64,000 nucleotides of DNA, from positions 1,568,001 through 1,632,000 of the forward strand of contig CAVRAY010000001.1 of NCBI GenBank assembly GCA_963719225.1, written 5' to 3'. The stretch is from Thermoanaerobaculia bacterium (GTDB lineage Bacteria > Acidobacteriota > Thermoanaerobaculia > UBA5066). Position numbers and translations under genes: made by a program. Of this stretch, positions 59,579 through 64,000 are shown one piece after another (positions within the stretch are counted from its first letter, which is position 1; every line of letters begins with the position of its first letter). The notes under the pieces were generated by a model. The model made no database searches. It was not told the DNA's origin and saw nothing but the letters and a program-made list of their open reading frames with translations.

Positions 59579-60267
59579 AAGCCCTTCTGGTCGGATACGG
59601 GAAGATGGGGAAAGCCATCGAGATGGCGCTGATCCACAGCGGGCACGAAGTCGCCGGACGGTTGGGGCGCAAAGAGATTTCGGACTTTCCGATCTGCGAA
59701 GTCGCCTTTGAGTTCACCACGCCCGCCTCCGCTCCTCTGGTGGTCCCCCTTCTCCTTTCTCAGAAAATCCCGGTCGTCTCCGGGACGACCGGCTGGGACA
59801 CGACTTCGGCCGCGCACCTCGCACGGGAACAAAAGACTCTTTTTCTTCACTCCTCGAATTTTTCCCTAGGCGTCGCCGCGCTCAGGCGCGCGGTCGCCGC
59901 CGCTGCCGCCGCTCTCGCGCCGTTCTCCGAGTTCGAGCCGGGAATCGTGGAGCGGCATCACGCGGCCAAGAAAGACTCCCCCTCGGGAACCGCACGCACC
60001 CTCGCGCTCGACATCACGCGCGAGCCTCTCTCGAAGAGGTCCATCCCGATCGTCTCCCTCAGGCAGGGCGGCCAGCCGGGAGAGCATTCGGTCTACTTCG
60101 AGGGCACGGACGAGACGCTGGAGCTCGTGCACCGCGCCCGCTCGCGTTCGATCTTTGCGCTTGGCGCCGTGCGCGCCGCGGAATGGATGATCGACTCGGG
60201 CCGCTCGGGCCCGGTGACCTTCGACGAATTCTTCGACGATCTGTCGCTCAAGGGAGGCACTTCATGA
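59575..60267 (+). CDS. dapB: 4-hydroxy-tetrahydrodipicolinate reductase
   Basis: GYGKMG, SGTTGW, NFSLGV, ERHHAAKKDSPSGTA. Confidence 0.92.
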   Translation: MKALLVGYGKMGKAIEMALIHSGHEVAGRLGRKEISDFPICEVAFEFTTPASAPLVVPLLLSQKIPVVSGTTGWDTTSAAHLAREQKTLFLHSSNFSLGVAALRRAVAAAAAALAPFSEFEPGIVERHHAAKKDSPSGTARTLALDITREPLSKRSIPIVSLRQGGQPGEHSVYFEGTDETLELVHRARSRSIFALGAVRAAEWMIDSGRSGPVTFDEFFDDLSLKGGTS

Positions 60268-61232
60268 TTACGTCAGCACCCGGGCAGAACTCTTCATCCT
60301 CCAGGAATCTCCCTCTCTCCGGGGTCTTCACCGCGATCGTCACGCCGTTTCGCGACGACGGGTCCGTCGACGAAGCGGGCCTCCGCCGGCTCGCGAAACG
60401 CCAGATCGAGGGCGGCGTCGCGGGTCTCGTCCCGTGCGGGACGACGGGCGAAGCCGTCACGCTGGACGCCGAGGAGCACGAGCGTGTCGTCGCCATCGTC
60501 GCCGAGGAGGCGCGGACGTCGTCGCGGCGCGTCACGGTGATCGCGGGCTGCGGCTCGAACGACACGCGGAAGTCACAGGCTCTCGCCGAACGGTGCCGTC
60601 GGGCGGGCGCCGACGCGCTTCTCGTCGTCACGCCTTACTACAACAAGCCCACGCCGAGAGGCCTGGTCGCGCACTTCCTGGCCGTCGCCGACGCGGGACG
60701 CCTGCCGCTCGTTCTTTACAACGTGCCGGGACGCACCGGACTGAACATGCAGCCGGACACCATTCTCGAGCTCGCGAAGGACCCGCGCATCGTCGCCGTG
60801 AAGGAAGCTTCGGGCAGCCTCGACCAGGCCTGCGAGATCCTCCGCGCCCGTCCGGCCGGATTCACCGTCCTCTCCGGCGAGGACTCGCTGGCGATCCCGA
60901 TGATCTCCTGCGGCGCCGAGGGCGTGATCGCGGTCGTCTCGAACGAGGCCCCCGGTCTTTACGCGGAGGCGATTGCCGCGGCCCTCGCCGGGAATCGCGC
61001 GCGCGCGTCGGAGCTCCAGGCAAAGATCTTCCCGCTCATGAAAGCGAATTTCCGCGAATCGAATCCGATCCCGGTCAAGTGGGCTCTCGAGCGGCTCGGC
61101 CTGATCGGGGGCGCGCTGCGTCTCCCGCTCGTTCCGCTCTCGCCGCAGCACCAAGCCCCGGTCGAGGAGGCGCTCAGGACCGCCGGTCTCCTCGATGCCG
61201 CGGGCAAGCCGGTCGAGATGGCGGCCGCGTGA
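60264..61232 (+). CDS. dapA: 4-hydroxy-tetrahydrodipicolinate synthase
   Basis: GTTGE, PYYNKP, YNVPGRTG, VKEASG, SNPIPVK. Confidence 0.95.
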   Translation: MITSAPGQNSSSSRNLPLSGVFTAIVTPFRDDGSVDEAGLRRLAKRQIEGGVAGLVPCGTTGEAVTLDAEEHERVVAIVAEEARTSSRRVTVIAGCGSNDTRKSQALAERCRRAGADALLVVTPYYNKPTPRGLVAHFLAVADAGRLPLVLYNVPGRTGLNMQPDTILELAKDPRIVAVKEASGSLDQACEILRARPAGFTVLSGEDSLAIPMISCGAEGVIAVVSNEAPGLYAEAIAAALAGNRARASELQAKIFPLMKANFRESNPIPVKWALERLGLIGGALRLPLVPLSPQHQAPVEEALRTAGLLDAAGKPVEMAAA

Positions 61233-61996
61233 CGCGCGAGGAGGTCGTGGCTCTTCTCGAGGCGCTCGAGCGCGGCGAGGTCCGCGCGGCTTCTTCTGAC
61301 GCCGAGGGAAACTGGGTTGCCAACGCGGGCGTCAAGGAGGGCATCCTCGAGGCCTTCCGGCTCGGCGTCGAAGAGCCGAGCGAGGCCGGCCCGCTGCTCT
61401 TCCGGGACCGCGACACGCTGCCACCCCGCCGGCCTCTTCCCGAAGGCGTGCGCGTCGTCCCGGGCGGGACGGCGCTTCGCCGCGGCGCGTTTCTCGCGAG
61501 GGGCGTCGTCGTGATGCCGCCCGCCTACGTGAACGTGGGCGCGTACGTCGACGAGGGATCGATGATCGACAGCCATGCGCTCGTGGGCTCCTGCGCGCAG
61601 ATCGGGAAGAAGGTCCACCTCTCGGCGGCCGCGCAGGTGGGCGGCGTCCTCGAGCCCGTGGGCGCGGTCCCCGTCGTCATCGAGGACGAAGTCTTCGTGG
61701 GCGGCGGTGCCGGGATCTACGAAGGCGTCCGCGTGAGGAAGCGAGCCGTCCTCGCGGCGGGCGTCATCCTGACGGCCTCGAGCGTCGTGTTCGATCCCGT
61801 GAACGAGCGGGAGCTGCGCTCGGCGCCGGGCCGCCCGCTCGTCATCCCCGAGGGCGCCGTCGTCGTCCCGGGCTCGAGGCGGGCCTCGGGCGCCTGGGCG
61901 GAGGCCCGGGGGCTTTCGCTCTCGGCTCCGATCATCGTGAAGTATCGCGACGCGAAGACGGACGCGAGGACGGTGCTCGAGAGCGCGCTGCGGTGA
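61229..61996 (+). CDS. dapD: Tetrahydrodipicolinate N-succinyltransferase
   Basis: RVVPGG, YVNVGAYVD, VGSCAQIG, GGVLEP, KYRDAKT. Confidence 0.92.
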   Translation: MTREEVVALLEALERGEVRAASSDAEGNWVANAGVKEGILEAFRLGVEEPSEAGPLLFRDRDTLPPRRPLPEGVRVVPGGTALRRGAFLARGVVVMPPAYVNVGAYVDEGSMIDSHALVGSCAQIGKKVHLSAAAQVGGVLEPVGAVPVVIEDEVFVGGGAGIYEGVRVRKRAVLAAGVILTASSVVFDPVNERELRSAPGRPLVIPEGAVVVPGSRRASGAWAEARGLSLSAPIIVKYRDAKTDARTVLESALR

Positions 61997-62052
61997 AGCG
62001 AAGAGAAGAGATTTGCACGCGGCCTTCGGCCGCGCGACCGGGGAGTCGGAGA

Positions 62053-62067
62053 AGATTTCTTAGAAGG
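62053..62067 (-). repeat. Dispersed motif CCTTCTAAGAAATCT, perfect copy (reverse)
   Basis: AGATTTCTTAGAAGG in the dapD-lysA spacer. Confidence 0.7.
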
Positions 62068-62076
62068 GAATAGGGA

Positions 62077-63339
62077 TTGCCGGACTCCGTTTTGCGTCGT
62101 GCCGCGAGTCTCTTCGGAACGCCGCTGTATCTGTACGACTTCGATGTGATCGAACGCCAGGTGTTGCGCCTCAGGCACGCCCTCGGCCCCCGCTTCGAGC
62201 TCGCGTATGCGGTCAAGGCCAACCCCTCGCTCGGAATTCTTTCCTTTCTAAGAAAATTCGGTCTCTCCTCGGACGTCGCGTCCCGGGGCGAGCTGCTCGC
62301 GGTGCGCCTGGCCGGATGTCCACCTTCCAAGATCCTCTCGACCGGCCCCGCGAAAACCGACGCCGACCTCGAAGCGCTCGTGCGCGCTCGAGTGTCGATT
62401 GTCCATGCGGAGGGTGAATGGGAGCTCGAACGCCTCGAGGAACTGGCAAGACGCCTGAGAAGGCAAGTTCCCGTGGGCCTTCGCCTGAACCCGCCCTGGG
62501 GCATTGCCGAAAAGCGCGTCATCATCGGTGGCCCCGGCGCGAAGAAGTTCGGATTCGACTTGAAGAGCGCGAGAGACGTTCTTCGAACGACGAAGAAATT
62601 CCCGCATCTCGACGTCTGCGGCTTTCAGGTGTTCAACGCCTCGAACGTCCTCGACGCGCGGCTCCTCGTCGAGAACACGCGTCGCGTGCTCGACCTCGCT
62701 CTTTCACTTTCGAAGAAATACGGCGTTCCGCTCCGCTCCGTGGATTTCGGTGGCGGCTTCGGCGTGCCATACGCCGGAAGAGAAAGACCACTGGATCTAG
62801 GAGTTCTTGGAAAGGGGCTGAGGGAGGTCGCGAAGGAGGCGCGCTCGAGCGGCCTGCCCGACTCGACTCGCCTCGTGTTCGAGCCCGGGCGCTTTCTCGT
62901 GGCCGAAAGCGGAACGTACCTCGTGAAGGTTCTGGGGACGAAACGGAGCCGCGGCGTCGACTACGTCCTCATGGATGGCGGTGTCCACCACTTCCTCCGC
63001 CCGGTCCTCCTCGGAACTCCCCACCGCGTCAGGCTCGTCAAAGGAACGGCGGGCGCTCGCGGCGGCCGGTCTTCACCTTCTAAGAAATCTCTGGTTCTTT
63101 CCGGTCCCCTCTGTACGTCTCTCGACATCCTCCATCCGGCCGCGCACCTCCCGCTCCCCGCCCGTGGCGACCTCCTCGCCTTCGAGAAAGCGGGCGCCTA
63201 CGGCTTCACCGAGTCGATGCCGCTCTTCCTCTCGCACGCGTGGCCGGCCGAGGTCGCCGTGTGGAAAGGTCGAATCACTCTCCTGAGGAGGCCGCCGACG
63301 GTGGAATCGCTCCTTCGTGCGCAGAGGCGGCAGGTGTGA
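62077..63339 (+). CDS. lysA: Fold-type III PLP decarboxylase, probable diaminopimelate decarboxylase
   Basis: YAVKAN, KFG, DFGGG, EPGR, GPLC, GAYG; last gene of the dap operon. Confidence 0.75.
   Translation: MPDSVLRRAASLFGTPLYLYDFDVIERQVLRLRHALGPRFELAYAVKANPSLGILSFLRKFGLSSDVASRGELLAVRLAGCPPSKILSTGPAKTDADLEALVRARVSIVHAEGEWELERLEELARRLRRQVPVGLRLNPPWGIAEKRVIIGGPGAKKFGFDLKSARDVLRTTKKFPHLDVCGFQVFNASNVLDARLLVENTRRVLDLALSLSKKYGVPLRSVDFGGGFGVPYAGRERPLDLGVLGKGLREVAKEARSSGLPDSTRLVFEPGRFLVAESGTYLVKVLGTKRSRGVDYVLMDGGVHHFLRPVLLGTPHRVRLVKGTAGARGGRSSPSKKSLVLSGPLCTSLDILHPAAHLPLPARGDLLAFEKAGAYGFTESMPLFLSHAWPAEVAVWKGRITLLRRPPTVESLLRAQRRQV
63076..63090 (+). repeat. Dispersed motif CCTTCTAAGAAATCT, perfect copy
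   Basis: Inside lysA, encodes PSKKS. Confidence 0.7.
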
Positions 63340-64000
63340 AGCTTCAGCGCACCCTCGTTCGCTACGGCGCGGCCGTCGCCGCGGCGGCCGTCGCATGCGG
63401 TCTCCGGCTCGCGCTCGCGCCGTTTCTGGGTTCCCGACTCGCGTTCGTGATGTTCATCGCGGCGTCGCTCTTCGCCGCGTGGTACGGCGGAATCGGCCCC
63501 GGCGTCCTCGCGTCGGTCATCGGTGGCGCGCTCGCGGTCTGGCTCTTCCAGCACCCGACGAAACCGAATCCGGATCTCGCCTTCACGCTCGGCGGTTATG
63601 CGTTCGTCTGTCTCGTCTGCATCGGCTTCGTCGAATGGAGTCGCCGCAACCACGAGCGGTTCGCGCGAAGCGAAGCGCTGAGCCGGATGTCGCTGGAAAT
63701 CTCCCTCGCGGAGCGGAAGGAGCTCGAGGAGGCGCTTCGGACCCGGCTCGACGAGCTCGGCATCGTGAATCGCCGGAAGAGCGAGTTCCTCGCGGCCCTC
63801 GCACACGAGCTCCGCAACCCGCTCGCCCCCGTGAGCAACGCGATCGAGGTCCTGGAACGCGATCCGGACGAGCCCACGCGCGCGCGGATGCTCGCGGTCC
63901 TCAGGCATCAGGCGGCGCGTCTCGCGCATGTCGTGGACGACCTCATCGACGTGTCGCGGATCGAGCAGGGAAGAGTCGACCTCAAGATGGAGGCCGTGGA
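63336..64000 (+). CDS. Membrane sensor histidine kinase (DUF4118-like N-terminus), 3' truncated
   Basis: GTG overlaps the lysA stop; hydrophobic AAWYGGIGPG segment; KSEFLAALAHELRNPLAP H-box; frame open to the window end. Confidence 0.88.
   Translation, partial: MKLQRTLVRYGAAVAAAAVACGLRLALAPFLGSRLAFVMFIAASLFAAWYGGIGPGVLASVIGGALAVWLFQHPTKPNPDLAFTLGGYAFVCLVCIGFVEWSRRNHERFARSEALSRMSLEISLAERKELEEALRTRLDELGIVNRRKSEFLAALAHELRNPLAPVSNAIEVLERDPDEPTRARMLAVLRHQAARLAHVVDDLIDVSRIEQGRVDLKMEAV

Overview
Very GC-rich bacterial chromosomal segment (about 70% GC by eye, not computed). It is Gram-negative (lpxD-fabZ-lpxA), and the gene content suggests Acidobacteriota, which is an inference. Most of it is housekeeping: lipid A genes, an EF-G paralog, a Ser/Thr kinase, ggt, tRNA-Pro(CGG), an ECF sigma pair, argRCBDGHJ, lexA, a PilT-type ATPase, gatCA, a Gld-like ABC system, a 2-oxoacid dehydrogenase/lipoate cluster and asd-lysC-dapB-dapA-dapD-lysA. 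Five things stand out. (1) A cytoplasmic gluzincin (M4-like) peptidase paired with a ComEC-like MBL hydrolase, a candidate protease-activated nuclease conflict module. (2) An unannotated Lys/Thr-rich leader peptide with terminator and antiterminator in front of the lysine operon. (3) A dispersed AT-rich motif, CCTTCTAAGAAATCT, recurring inside genes and intergenic regions. (4) An orphan asparagine-synthase-like / radical SAM / flavin halogenase operon. (5) Two AATTAGG-N16-CCTTATT palindromes upstream of lexA. Single-base frameshifts in two genes suggest assembly indels. All calls come from reading motifs by eye; no searches were run.
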